Origin: Macrostomum lignano
Taxonomy: Eukaryota
Assembly (NCBI GenBank): GCA_002269645.1
Contig: NIVC01001686.1
Coordinates: 1 to 64,000, forward strand
Reading direction: 5' to 3'
Length of the DNA: 64,000 bases
The notes under the pieces are model-generated. The model was not told the origin of the DNA. It saw only the letters and a program-made list of their open reading frames with translations, and did not search any database. Every line of letters starts with the position of its first letter. The stretch's first letter is position 1. Positions 37,801-50,000 of the stretch are shown here, piece by piece. A program made the position numbers and the translations under genes.

Positions 37801-40800
37801 TTTCCCACACCCCAATTACCATCCCACAACTTTCCTACTCCCTAAATTCCATAGCACAAGTTTCCCACACCCTAATTCCCATCCTAAAAGTTTTCCTACA
37901 CCCTAATTCCCATCCTAAAAGTTTTCCCACACCCTAATTCCCATCCTAGAAGTTTTCCTACACTCTAATTCCCATACCACAAGTTTAGTTATAAAAGAAG
38001 TCCTACGATAAATATCTGAACTTTCTGCGTCCACTCCAGCAATACGACTGGGCTAATAGCTGGACCCCGAAGCTCTACATCGAGAACACCATTGGCGAGA
38101 GCAAGGAGAACGTCTACCAGATGATCTCCTTCAACGAAGTCGGTCACGCGTTTTTATTCGAGAAGCGGAGAGTGTCCGGTGTATTCTTGGAAAATCTCGA
38201 GCTCAACCATTTCCCGTTTGATGTCCAGGTGAGGATGCGATTTGGGTAAGGAGTCAGGTGAATGATTGGGTCAGGAGTCACGTGAATGATTGGGTCAGGA
38301 GTCAGGTGAATGATTGGGTCAGGAGTCAGGTGAATGATTGGGTCAGGAGTCAGGTGAGCGATTGGGTCAGGAGTCAGGTGAATGATTGGGTCAGGAGTCA
38401 GGTGAGCTATTGGGTCAGGAGTCAGGTGAATGATTGGGTCAGGAGTCAGGTGAGCTATTGGGTCAGGAGTCAGGTGAATGATTGGGTCAGGAGTCACGTG
38501 AATGATTGGGTCAGGAGTCAGGTTAATGATTGGGTCAGGAGTCAGGTGAGCGATTGGGTCAGAAGTCAGGTGAGCTATTGGGTCAGGAGTCAGGTGAATA
38601 ATTGGGTCAGGAGTCAGGTGAGCGATTGGGTCAGGAGTCACGTGAATGATTGGGTCAGGATGCAGGTGAGCGATTGGGTCAGGAGTCAGCTGAATGATTG
38701 GGTCAGGAGTCACTTGAATGATTGGGTCAGGAGTCAGGTGAATGATTGGATCAGGAGTCAGGTGAATGATTGGGTCAGGAGTCAGGTGAATGATTGGGTC
38801 AGGAGTCAGGTGAATGATTGGGTCAGGAGTCAGGTGAATGATTGGGTCAGGAGTCAGGTGAGCGATTGGGTCAGGAGTCAGGTGAATGATTGGGTCAGGA
38901 GTCAGGTGAGCGATTGGGTCAGGAGTCAGGTGAGCTATTGGGTCAGGAGTCAGGTGAGCTATTGGGTCAGGAGTCAGGTGAGCTATTGGGTCAGAAGTCA
39001 GGTGAGCTATTGTGTCAGGAGTCAGGTGAGCTTTTGGGTCAGGAGTCAGGTGAATGATTGGGTCAGGATGCAGGTGAATGATTGGGTCAGGAGTCAGGTG
39101 AATGATTGGGTCAGGATGCAGGTGAATGATTGGGTCAGGAGTCAGGTGAACGATTGGGTCAGGAGTCAGGTGAGCGATTGGGTCAGGAGTCAGGTGAGCT
39201 ATTGGGTCAGGAGTCAGGTGAGCGATTGGGTCAGGAGTCAATTGAACTATTGGTGAGGACTCGGGAATCGGGTGAATGATTGGGTCAGGAGTCAGGTGAG
39301 CGATTGGGTCAGGAGTCAATTGAACTATTGGTGAGGACTCGGGAATCGGGTGAATGATTGGATCAGGAGTCAGGTGAGCGATTGGGTCAGGAGTCAATTG
39401 AACTATTGGTGAGGACTCGGGAATCGGGTGAATGATTGGGTCAGGAGTCAGGTGAATGATTGGGTCAGGAGTCAGGTGAATGATTGGGTCAGGAGTCACG
39501 TGAATGATTGGGTCAGGAGTCAGGTGAATGATTGGATCAGGAGTCAGGTTAATGATTGAGTCAGGAGTCAGGTGAATGATTGGGTCAGGAGTCAGGTGAA
39601 TGATTGGGTCAGGAGTCAGGTGAATGATTGGGTCAGGAGTCAGGTGAGCGATTGGGTCAGGAGTCAGGTGAATGATTGGGTCAGGAGTCAGGTGAGCGAT
39701 TGGGTCAGGAGTCAGGTGAGCTATTGGGTCAGGAGTCAGGTGAGCTATTGGGTCAGGAGTCAGGTGAGCTATTGGGTCAGAAGTCAGGTGAGCTATTGTG
39801 TCAGGAGTCAGGTGAGCTTTTGGGTCAGGAGTCAGGTGAATGATTGGGTCAGGATGCAGGTGAATGATTGGGTCAGGAGTCAGGTGAATGATTGGGTCAG
39901 GATGCAGGTGAATGATTGGGTCAGGAGTCAGGTGAACGATTGGGTCAGGAGTCAGGTGAGCGATTGGGTCAGGAGTCAGGTGAGCTATTGGGTCAGGAGT
40001 CAGGTGAGCGATTGGGTCAGGAGTCAATTGAACTATTGGTGAGGACTCGGGAATCGGGTGAATGATTGGGTCAGGAGTCAGGTGAGCGATTGGGTCAGGA
40101 GTCAATTGAACTATTGGTGAGGACTCGGGAATCGGGTGAATGATTGGGTCAGGAGTCAGGTGAGCGATTGGGTCAGGAGTCAATTGAACTATTGGTGAGG
40201 ACTCGGGAATCGGGTGAATGATTGGGTCAGGAGTCAGGTGAGCGATTGGGTCAGGAGTCAATTGAACTATTGGTGAGGACTCGGGAATCGGGTGAATGAT
40301 TGGGTCAGGAGTCATGTGAGCGATTTGATAAGAAGTCATGAGACAAATCACGATAAAAAAGCGCTCAGGTATATAGTTTCTATTTCAGATCATTACTAAC
40401 ACATCCAACAGCAGGCCTCCATGAAACGCACCAGCGGATTGGGATCTGGCTAATTATATATCATAGTTACAGTTGTGCTCCATTAAAAAAATACCCCAGT
40501 CAGCAGGTAACTGAAACTCCAGACAGGGAGATAGAGAGACATTGGGAAGAGATTTTTTTAGTCGGGAAATGTGAACGTTTTTAGATGATTTGCCAATTTA
40601 TTTGATGGGACTTTACGTGCACCAGTAGTTAGTCGCAAATATGATCATATATTAGATTGCCGAGATTCGTAATTAAGTCATGCATCAGCAATCGGGCTGA
40701 GAAGTTTTGGCGCAATTAGACTATGGGTCCGTCCTAACATATATGATATAGGGATTTATAAGGTGTTTAATGGCTTTGCAATAGATAACCAGGCGCTTCA

Positions 40801-43800
40801 TCTCTTGGGCAGCACCCAAAGACATTCCCAAAGACAGCCTCCCTTTCCTAAAGACAGCGTCCCTTTCTCAAAGACAGCGTCCCTTTCTCAAAGACAGCGT
40901 CCCTTTCTCAAAGACAGCGTCCCTTTCCCAAAGACAGCGTCCCTTTCTCAAAGACAGCGTCCCTTTCTCAAAGACAGCGTCCCTTTCTCAAAGACAGCGT
41001 CCCTTTCTCAAAGACAGCGTCCCTTTCTCAAAGACAGCGTCCCTTTCCCAAAGACAGCGTCCCTTTCTCAAAGACAGCGTCCCTTTCTCAAAGACAGCGT
41101 CCCTTTCTCAAAGACAGCGTCCCTTTCCCAAAGACAGCGCTTCCTCCCAAAGACAGCGCTCCCTCCCAAAGAAAGCACTCCCTCCCAAAGACAGCGTCCC
41201 TTTCTCAAAGACAGAGTCCCTTTCTCAAAGACAGCGTCCCTTTCTCAAAGACGCGTCCCTTTCCCAAAGACGCTCCCTCTCAAAGAGCCTCTTCACGGCA
41301 ATCGGTTCTAGAACCAGAATAAATTCGAGTTCTGTAACCAGAACCAGTGTGAAATAAGGAGCTTCGAACCCATTTTATGTTTGACAGTCTTTACAATTTA
41401 ATTTTGTCGTTTTTTGACTTTGTTTCCTCTTGGATATGACAAAAACGGAATAATTATACAATAATAATAGAAAATTGACGATTTCAAATACATTTTACTG
41501 TTAAAGTGTAAACATGACAACGGTTCGAGAAAATTTCTCGAACCATATTCCAGAACCTGAACCATGTTCCGGAACTGATTCTGTTTTTCGAACCATCGAT
41601 ATGAAGAGCGTCGAACTCGTTCGGAACTGGTTCTGTTTTTCGAACCGGCGATATGAAGAGGCTCAAAGACAGCGCTCCCTCCCAAAGACAGCGTACTTTC
41701 GCAAAGACAACAACCCTTACCAAATGCAGCACCCCTCCCTTACGACAGCAGCCCTTTTCAAGGACACGGTTGTTACCTAAGGACAGCACAAAAAACTTTT
41801 GATATGAGAAGAAGCAAAAACCACTTTCTAAATATTTCCAACACTATAGTCCGCCTCTATTCGTGTTTCTCAGGACTTAACTATCACTGTGGCTTCGAAT
41901 CTGTCGTCGGCAGAAATTCGTTTAGTGAACGACCCAGATGAGCCGCACAGAATCAATAAGCAATCTTTTATCGGTGAGTCGTATTTGAAACGATATTAGC
42001 TATCAATTAAAATTCAGTTGAGCTCCAGTTCACCCTGATGCGATTGGGTTGCAGCTCTGAGCTGCCGTAGAAATACAGGACCCTACACAGTGCCAGAACT
42101 GTACAAGGCCGTTGGCTGCCACACCTGGCCACCTTACTGCAACGGGTCCAGAGTATTTCCATATGCAGGTACATGTAAACGCGAATTACCTGCAAAGATT
42201 CAGCTTGCTTGTGTACTGATCGTTGCGTGCGCTTTTATAACGCACGTTAGGATCCGGCCCTCCTGGTTGCACAAGCAAACCCAAAATCGACATGCAACCA
42301 CCCTGACATGTTCATGTCAAACTGTACCAATTTGGCACGAACACAACTTGAACATTTCAATCAATCATTTTGCAAATGAGCAGATGAGCAAGAGTGGTTC
42401 CTGTACAAGCACATCGAGACGGAGCAGAAAGAGCTGGCATGCGAGTACACGGACCCTGGCTCGATCCGGCCAGCCCTGTCTGTCAAGTGCAGAGCGGCTC
42501 GGAGACCGGCTTATTTTATTTGGAATATTTTTCTGGTCACGGTAAGATGCTGATTGTTTGGGTGTGATCAATCACTGTCTAGCTAAAATGACTCTGACTC
42601 TCAAACCACACGACCCCAATCTGGCGTTGTGGTGCGATTAACGCCAGCAGGACCAGTTTACACATGCCTGACGATTAAAAGTAACACCCTGTGCGAGAGT
42701 GTGCATGAGTGCAGTGCCTGAGTTCAGTATTGGCGCACCTAAATGTGCTCAGGAGGGAAGAATTGCCTCAGCGCTAGTGGTCCGGGACGATGTCTCCCGA
42801 AGCTCTGCGCCAGCTCAGCCGTCCTGTTTATATTATTATTTTAAATATTATTAGTAACTGTTGCTCGAAAATATATTCGTCCGTGAGGCTATAGTGTGCT
42901 TATATTTATTTTATAAGCGGAACAATGGCTTTTTAGAGTCGAGAAGAGTCTCAATAAAATCTATATATAAATTCGGGGGCTATTTAGGCACTTAATTAAC
43001 TCTCTCAATATGAATTTACTTCATCACAATTGCATTCAATTAATTCTCTCGTCGCCTACTGCAGTTCCTAATCTGCTCCCTGTCGCTAGTGACATTCGCG
43101 GTGAAGCGCGATCTGCCTCAGAACCGGCTCCAGCTGACGTTCACTCTCGTGCTCACTTTGGTCGCCTTTAAATTTGTCGTCAATCAATGCCTGCCTAAGA
43201 TATCCTACTTAACTTATTTGGTAAGTAGCAAATTAAGCGTTTTTTCAGTAAATTTACGATTATCATTTTTACTCAAAATAAATAATTTCGATATTTTTCG
43301 GACCAGGACAAGTACGTGATCAGTAGTTTGTTTATCCTGACACTGATCTGTCTCTGGCACGGACTCATAGTAGTTATTGACAAGATCATTCTGGAGCACT
43401 TCGGCATGGTTTGGGACAACCTTGAGACCTACGTCATCATTGGCATGGCGTTCAGCTATGTGGCTTACAATGTTGGCTTTGTAATCATGATCTTTTCTGT
43501 GGTAAGTTACACTGAAGACACAAAGATCGAATGAATACTACTGTAGTTGTAGTATGATAACTTTCCTAATATTGTCGTTCGCATTTCAAACCCCAGGCAT
43601 GCAAGAGACGGAGAATCATGAAACAAAAGGACAGAGAGTACACGGTAAGCTGATCCAGGCTACATAATAACATATACATGTACTAATTGTTAAGTCCCTG
43701 TGTTTGGTAAGGGTTAATGATAGCACCTTTCAGTAGGTACGTATAGGTGACAGGGTTAATGATACTATCTTCGATCAAGCACCTGTCAATAAGTCTGTAG

Positions 43801-44053
43801 GTATGAGGGTTAATATGATACTATCCTTAGGCGCATGTCTGCTAGTCTGTATAGGTTACGGGGGGCTAGTACTATCCTCCCAATGAAGTGGTGCCTGTAA
43901 ATACTGTCCAGTTTACTAAAATTGGCAATGTAGGAGCGAGTGAAAATGCAGATGCGCTCAAAAGGAATGCGAGCGAAACGGATGCTGCAACAGACGCATC
44001 AGCTGCACGAGGTGAAGGAGAACGGACAGTCGCCTGCGGTTGCATTCATATAA
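34894..44053 (+). CDS. Cys-less (Pro-loop) pentameric ligand-gated ion channel subunit, 9 exons, ~431 aa
   Basis: Exons 34894-35082, 37346-37486, 38040-38228, 41874-41973, 42384-42541, 43065-43220, 43307-43501, 43597-43644, 43934-44053, all GT-AG with consistent phases. Motifs: KIGEIDTIKEQFAADV..KAKWREPELD; WTPKLYIEN; GVFLENLELNHFPFDVQ|DLTITVAS (Pro-loop without Cys); EQEW; RRPAYFIWNIFL (M1); NRLQLTFTLVLTLVAFK (M2); LPKISYLTYLDKY (M2-M3); M4. The first and last exons are less certain than the core. Confidence 0.9.
36332..37267. repeat. 22-bp minisatellite in channel intron 1 (~42 copies)
   Basis: Unit gttacactgtccaatcaaac(g/a)g. Confidence 0.96.
37530..37985. repeat. Degenerate 30-bp minisatellite in channel intron 2
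   Basis: Unit tttcccacaccctaattcccatcctaaaag. Confidence 0.9.
38229..40325. repeat. 24-bp minisatellite starting at the intron-3 donor, with an internal ~786-bp duplication
   Basis: Unit gggtcaggagtcaggtga(atg/gcg/gct)att. The variant order ending at 39256 is repeated ending at 40042. Confidence 0.95.
40820..41760. repeat. 20-bp minisatellite interrupted by a MITE
   Basis: Unit aaagacagcgtccctttctc at 40820-41284, resuming degenerately from 41665. Confidence 0.9.
41285..41664. mobile_element. PIF/Harbinger-like MITE (380 bp)
   Basis: 11-bp TIRs gagcctcttca...tgaagaggctc, a 3-bp flanking duplication (aaa/aaa) and subterminal gaacc/ggttc motifs shared with the element at 46718. Confidence 0.7.
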
Positions 44054-44409
44054 ACGTAAAAACAATGACTTTTTTCTCAATTCCCAAAATCTTATTCTGC
44101 ATGTACTTCGTAATTTTGATAGTATATGTACCTGCTTTTACACGATGTACATGTAACTAAGGTTGTTGGTATCGAAACTTTTTTGAACTCGACTTTAAGA
44201 ATACTTTTAAAAACCCAGTGATATTACTCGTATATAATAAGTCATAATTATAGATGTATGACCTGCACGAATTGCAGCAATTTGTACCGATTTGCATAAA
44301 TTTGGATAACCTGAAGAATGTACATATATGAATGGCTATGCCACTGCAACACTGTAAAATGATTGTTTTCTTGATAGAGGAAACTTCCACCAAAGAATTT
44401 TCGCCAAGC

Positions 44410-44950
44410 TGTTAGATAGGAACTTCACCTGTTAGACAAGAGTGTCACCTGTTAGACAGGAGTGTCACCTGATGGATAGGGATGTCACCTGTTAGACAGA
44501 GGTGTTATCTGTTAGACAGGGATGTTATCTTTTAGACAGAGATGTCATCTGTTAGACAGGGATGTTACCTGTTAGACAGAGATGTCATCTGTTAGACAGG
44601 GATGTTTTTTGTTAGACAGAGATGTTATCTGCTAGACAGGGATGTTATTTGTTAGACAGAGATGTTATCTGCTAGACAGAGATGTTATCTGTTAGACAGG
44701 GATGTTATTTGTTAGACAGAGATGTTATCTGTTAGACAGGGATGTTATTTGTTAGACAGAGATGTTATCTGCTAGACAGAGATGTTATCTGTTAGACAGG
44801 GATGTCACCTGTTAGACAGGGATGTCACCTGTTAGACAGGGATGTCATCTAGACAGGGATGTCACCTGTTAAACAGGGATGTCACCTGTTAAACAGGGAT
44901 GTCACCTGTTAAACAGGGATGTCATCTGTTAGCCAACAGTGTTACCTGTT
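44410..44950. repeat. 20-bp minisatellite downstream of the channel gene
   Basis: Unit gatgt(c/t)a(c/t)ctgttagacagg; shares cacctgttaga with the 34232 array. Confidence 0.92.
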
Positions 44951-46437
44951 AGAAAATATGACCAAACTTTTTATCAAATCACGGCGTGTGGGATGACCTT
45001 TACAATAAGCTACCAACTCTTAGCACCTTAAAAACGAGAAACCCTTAATCAGTTCATACTACCCATAGTACCCATACCATCCACAGCGCTTCATATAACT
45101 TTAAGATTGCTTGCACTACGAGTATACACTAGTTCAATACTACATAATTGACATATCATACAAATATACATAAACTTAAGTTATTATTCGTTCGATTTCG
45201 TACAAACATATTTTCCTAACACTTTTTAGATTTGCTTAACAATTTTATATAACATCTGTTGCGATACTACTACTGATACTATTTTGTAGCTGCAGTATCG
45301 TGCAACTTTTGTTAATTTACTACTTGTAAATAGTTTCTCACGTTACTTGGTTATTTCGAAAATTACCTAAATTACAATTGAGTATATTACATGTACCTAA
45401 ATATTATGATTGTCATTTTCGCATACTTCGTACTTAATCAAATGAACTCTGAATTTTATTTGACCATATAGGGGTTGTCGATCAAATATGTGTACCATTA
45501 TTTTAACTGCAATCTATATTGCACTTAAAGCGACTACATACAATGTCTCAATTTCTTCTCTTTGATTATATTTTAAAATGTGACTACTTTTTTACTTAAC
45601 ACGAATCTATCATACTTATCCTTGCAAAGAACTTGTCATAATTACGCTCATATACTCAACAATACAGACCTAACAACCGATTTTGAGTCTGTTGCAAAAT
45701 TTTCTCTAATATTTTGCACGCCTACTTGTAGTAGTGTAAATAGGAACTGCATCTCAGTTGAATAATAATTCATAAAATATTATCTATTTTCCAAATAAAT
45801 GAACACGTGACTTCATTTGTTGCAGTTTCATGTTTTTGTAGCTTTAAAAAGCAACGCAAGTGAGTCTAAACAACTGACAAGAAGTTTCAGCTGCATGGGG
45901 ACAAGTTATAAAAAACAACTGCAGTTATGATTTTTTTCTAGATCTTTCGCCTTCAGCTCAAAGATAGAGACTACAGGTAATACTTTTTATCTGACACAAA
46001 AACGGAATTAGCCCGAGACGAGAGAGAAAGGTCACGAGCTGAGCTGGGTAAAAGTAGAACATTATTTTCAATACGATACATTAGTTTTAATCCAATGACG
46101 TCTAATTTGCTTCACCCGTCAGATCTACTGTAATAATCGTACTGATCGTGACTAACACAAGTGAAGCCTGCTGCAGCAACAAGACAATTTCCCTGACTGA
46201 ATCTCTCTCTGACCTACGCATTTCCTTGCCCCCACCCCACCACCTCATTTACTTCGTGCGTCACGCATTTGCCTCGTGCTTTTGGGGAAAAAGGGGCAAA
46301 GGGCCTTGTCGCAAGACCTGAGACAGCTAGGTCCTGGGGAGGGGGGAGTCGGGAGGTTACGGTTGTGTTTGATGACGGCTTCAACCTTTTCTGGTTAGTT
46401 AAAGACAGCTGCCCTCGGCCCGGCCCGTCCCCTCAGG

Positions 46438-47331
46438 TAGGGATTCCAAAATCCCGACATTTTACAATCCCGGGATTGAATAGTCCCGAAATCCCGATGC
46501 TGTTGAAATCCCGGGATTCAAAATCCCGGAATCCCGGTGCTTTTGCAATCCCGGGATTAAAAATCCCGGGATTCGATTCCCAAAAAAATCCCGGGATTCA
46601 AATCCCGGATTTTTGGCCCCAATCCCGGGATCCCGGGATCCCGGGATTGGAATCCTAAGACGGACTGTGCGGCGTGCCGCGTGCAGTAGTCATGGTCTCG
46701 CGACTCTCAGAGTCTCAGGGCCTTTTCATATTACCAATTCCAGAACCAGAATCGGTTCGGAATTCCAAGAAAAACAGCAGTATAACTATTAAACTCTGTT
46801 AATATTTGACTGCCTTAACAGCCTCACTTTGCACGATTTTTCACTTTCTTTTTGGCGACTGTCATTCAATGATAAAAACTTTATAGCACGTATCTCCCTC
46901 TAGTTATGGAGACAAAAAGTTATACTTCACAAATTGGTTCTGGTTCTGGAACCAGAACAAGCACTATGAAAAGGCCCTCAGTCTCGTCTCGTGGTGTAAA
47001 ACGAAAAAAAGTTAAAATTATCTATCATTTACAGTTCACATTAACAATTTTTAGCTCAATTAGGACAGGAGCTTTGCAAAATGTTTAACGTTTCATTGAG
47101 AAACAGCAAAAACAAATAAATGTTTTATTATTCAAATAAACGTTTAGACTTTAAATTATCTAATTTAGGCATCGAAAGGTTGTTCTAATCCCGGACCAAT
47201 CCCGGGATTAAGGCCTTGAAATCCCGGGATCCCGATCCCGGACTTTTGCAATCCCGGGATTAGAAATCCCGGGATTCGATTCCCAAAAAAATCCCGGGAT
47301 TCAAATCCCGGATTTTTGGCCCCAATCCCTA
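46438..47331. mobile_element. Non-autonomous hAT-like element (894 bp) with aatcccgggatt subterminal palindromes
   Basis: Termini tagggatt...aatcccta; exact 8-bp target duplication ccctcagg at 46430-46437 and 47332-47339. Confidence 0.85.
46718..46977. mobile_element. PIF/Harbinger-like MITE (260 bp) nested in the hAT element
   Basis: Perfect 13-bp TIRs gggccttttcata...tatgaaaaggccc; 3-bp TSD tca/tca. Confidence 0.85.
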
Positions 47332-47844
47332 CCCTCAGGCCTCAGGCTAACTAAGAATTAACAGCCATCTTTCTCCGGCAACTGCACTGCACTGCATAGT
47401 GCATACAGGCGTATAGTTGTAGGTCAATTTCTTTAGCATTTCTATCTATTCCTATAGCTGTGCCATAAATTTTACCGTCAATTGTAGCTCGTATTAGCTC
47501 GAGAATGCAGTGCAGACAAAAGCGATATAAAGATCCAGACTCAGTTCTCTCTGCATATACTACGAGTGTAGGTCAGACTGAATAAACTTGAGATTGAGAG
47601 CGTCCATGTGCAGTTATTATAATTGCCCCCAGCGATATCCAGGCCTAGCTCTCAACCTGCAACTGCAACCAACAGAATAAAAGGCCCCTGGGGTCTGGAC
47701 TCCGTCTCGTGTCTATATTCAATTGACGAGATGCGTATACGATACAACTCACATGAAAACAATTTTGCTCCGACTGGTTTTAATTTGTTTTAAAATGAGC
47801 ACAAAGTTTGAACTCTAATTTAAGCCGGTTCGGTCCAGACTCCG

Positions 47845-48424
47845 GAGTCCGGCTTGCGGGCCATATGCGGCCCGCAAAGCCTCTCTATCCGGTTCATTGG
47901 ACACTTAAGAATAGCAATCCGGCCCGCTCAAGGTTTGTCTCTTCTCAGCTATCTCTCCTGTTCTCCTCTCATCTCTCCTCTCCTCTCCTCTTGGCTCTCT
48001 ACTCTTCTCTCCGCTTCTCTTCTCTCCTCTCTTCTCTCCTCTTCTCTCCTCTCCTCTCTTCGACTCTACTCTCTCGTCTCATCTCATCTCCTCCTCCCTC
48101 TCATCTCCTCTCTCCTCTCCTCTCCTCTCCGCTCCTCTCCTCTCCTCTTGACTCTCTTATCTCCTCTCCTTTTCTCTTCTCTCCGCTCCTCTACTCTACT
48201 CTCTCATCTCATCTCTCCCCTCTCATCTCAGCTCCTCTCCCCTCTCCTCTATCTCTTTTCTCATAGCCGCTCTCATCTCGCTTCTCACCTCTACTCTCTT
48301 TTGTCATCTCTCATCTTATCTTTATTCTCTCTCCCATTCCCTCTCCTTTCCACTCTCATCTGGCCCGCAGCCATGAGCTTGATTCTTTATCTGGCCCTTG
48401 AGGTCAAAAGTTTGCCCACCCCTG
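47845..48424. mobile_element. hAT (Charlie-like) MITE remnant with an internal CT-rich expansion
   Basis: The right end aaaagtttgcccacccctg is the reverse complement of a CAGGGGTGGGCAAACT-type TIR, and the left part has gcgggccatatgcggcccg, typical of such elements. The left TIR and TSD are not resolved. Confidence 0.5.
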
Positions 48425-50000
48425 CTCTAAGAGCGCCAGAATGTACGCTCTTAAGTCTGCACATGTTACTGTCGTGTGCAGTTACAGTCGCGTGGACCAC
48501 CCACGAGTTCGTGTGTGATTCAAGCGATTCGTACAGTATAGCAAAACAACAATGCAACCTATGCGAGGCAACATGACAATAAGTGATCATAGAAATTTCT
48601 CAACAAGGCCAAAAGTCATGTTCGCATTATTTAACGTGTGAATCATGGACTGATCAACTATGCGAGACTAATCACGAAGCCATTTTAGTAGCCTATATTT
48701 ACTGTATGCATGCCATAAGTCTACTCAAATCGAATTCTAATGGTTTATATTTTTGCCAATTGCCAGTATTGAAAAAGAAATTAATACATTATTAATACAC
48801 GCTATTGCGTGGTATATGTATCAAGTATGTACAGTTATTTAAAGGAAATATTAAATTGACAATGCCAATACGCTTGCCACTGCTAATGAATAAGTGTGCA
48901 TCTGTAGATTACCACTCTGCACGAACACGAACATGCACATAGCTAGACTAGGTACACATTCATCCTTGACTGCACAGGCATGGCAAAGACATCGCTAGCT
49001 ACTTCGCTATAGGTAGAGGCCCAGAGGGGCAGATTATATGATATGACAAGTACATGTATAGCTACATGCATATTACTATGTTGCGCATTTCCGGCAACAG
49101 ACCAACAGCTGCAATATTGTGCATGTGCATGCAGTACAGAACCGGCCAGCTGCCACTACAGTATAATTACGAGTCTATTTAATTGAATCATAATCATAAC
49201 TATTGTAATAATTGTAATTGGGCGGGTCTCTTAATCACTGCCAATTGCCCATGTATTATAATATAATACATATTAGCTAGCTAGCTTACCACGTTATTTA
49301 CATTGTCATTGAGTAATGCAGTAGTAGGCCCTAGTAGGGCTTGCTTAGTAATGAATGAGTAAGTCAGTAAAATTCTACCCCACCGTCTTTCCGCACACCG
49401 CATGAACGTGCACAAATGGTATTATAATAGCCGAATGTCTAGAAAATGCTGAAAGAAAAACGAATGTACGCGCTTGTTACTATTGTACTGTTGTACATAC
49501 TGCCATTAAACGTACCAAGCATAACGTACATAAATCGTTGCCCCAGTGTACAATAAACAAATGCCTTACTTTTTACTGTAAGTAGGTAAAACGAATTTTG
49601 CATACAAACTTTATCTACCAACTTAGTCAACACTACAATGCTGAAGCCAGCAGTGACAGTTCATGCTTGCTCTTGTGCAATAATAACGACCTTGAAATTT
49701 CTGTTACAAAACTTTTATCAGAAAATTGTAAATTGACTCTTACTGTTTTTAATTATTGATTTTAAAAGGAATGAGAAAGGTTTTGAGTTTAATTTTTGTC
49801 AACAAATAAGGAAATAATTGTGTAGAAAAATAGTGGATCTACTTCATCCTACTTCACAGAGAAAACGTGACTCAGGCGAGTGGTGCCTTAAAAACGCTAC
49901 TTCTTCACGTTAGACTCGTTTGATATCTCATCGAAAGCGCGCACGCACCGACATTTTACGTCTGCATTCTACATATCTTGCCGAATAATCAAAACTCAGT

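Noticed and set aside
36284-41311. Repeat ORFs inside the channel introns (e.g. 735 aa HLTPDPII on the minus strand)
   Set aside because: Intronic minisatellites; the true exons are accounted for by the spliced model.
42660-42820. Hammerhead-like ctgacga in channel intron 5
   Set aside because: No correctly placed GAAA or stems II/III could be built.
34894-44053. Channel as a recent bacterial transfer or contaminant
   Set aside because: Eight canonical introns containing host-type repeats; any prokaryotic link would be ancient and needs phylogeny.
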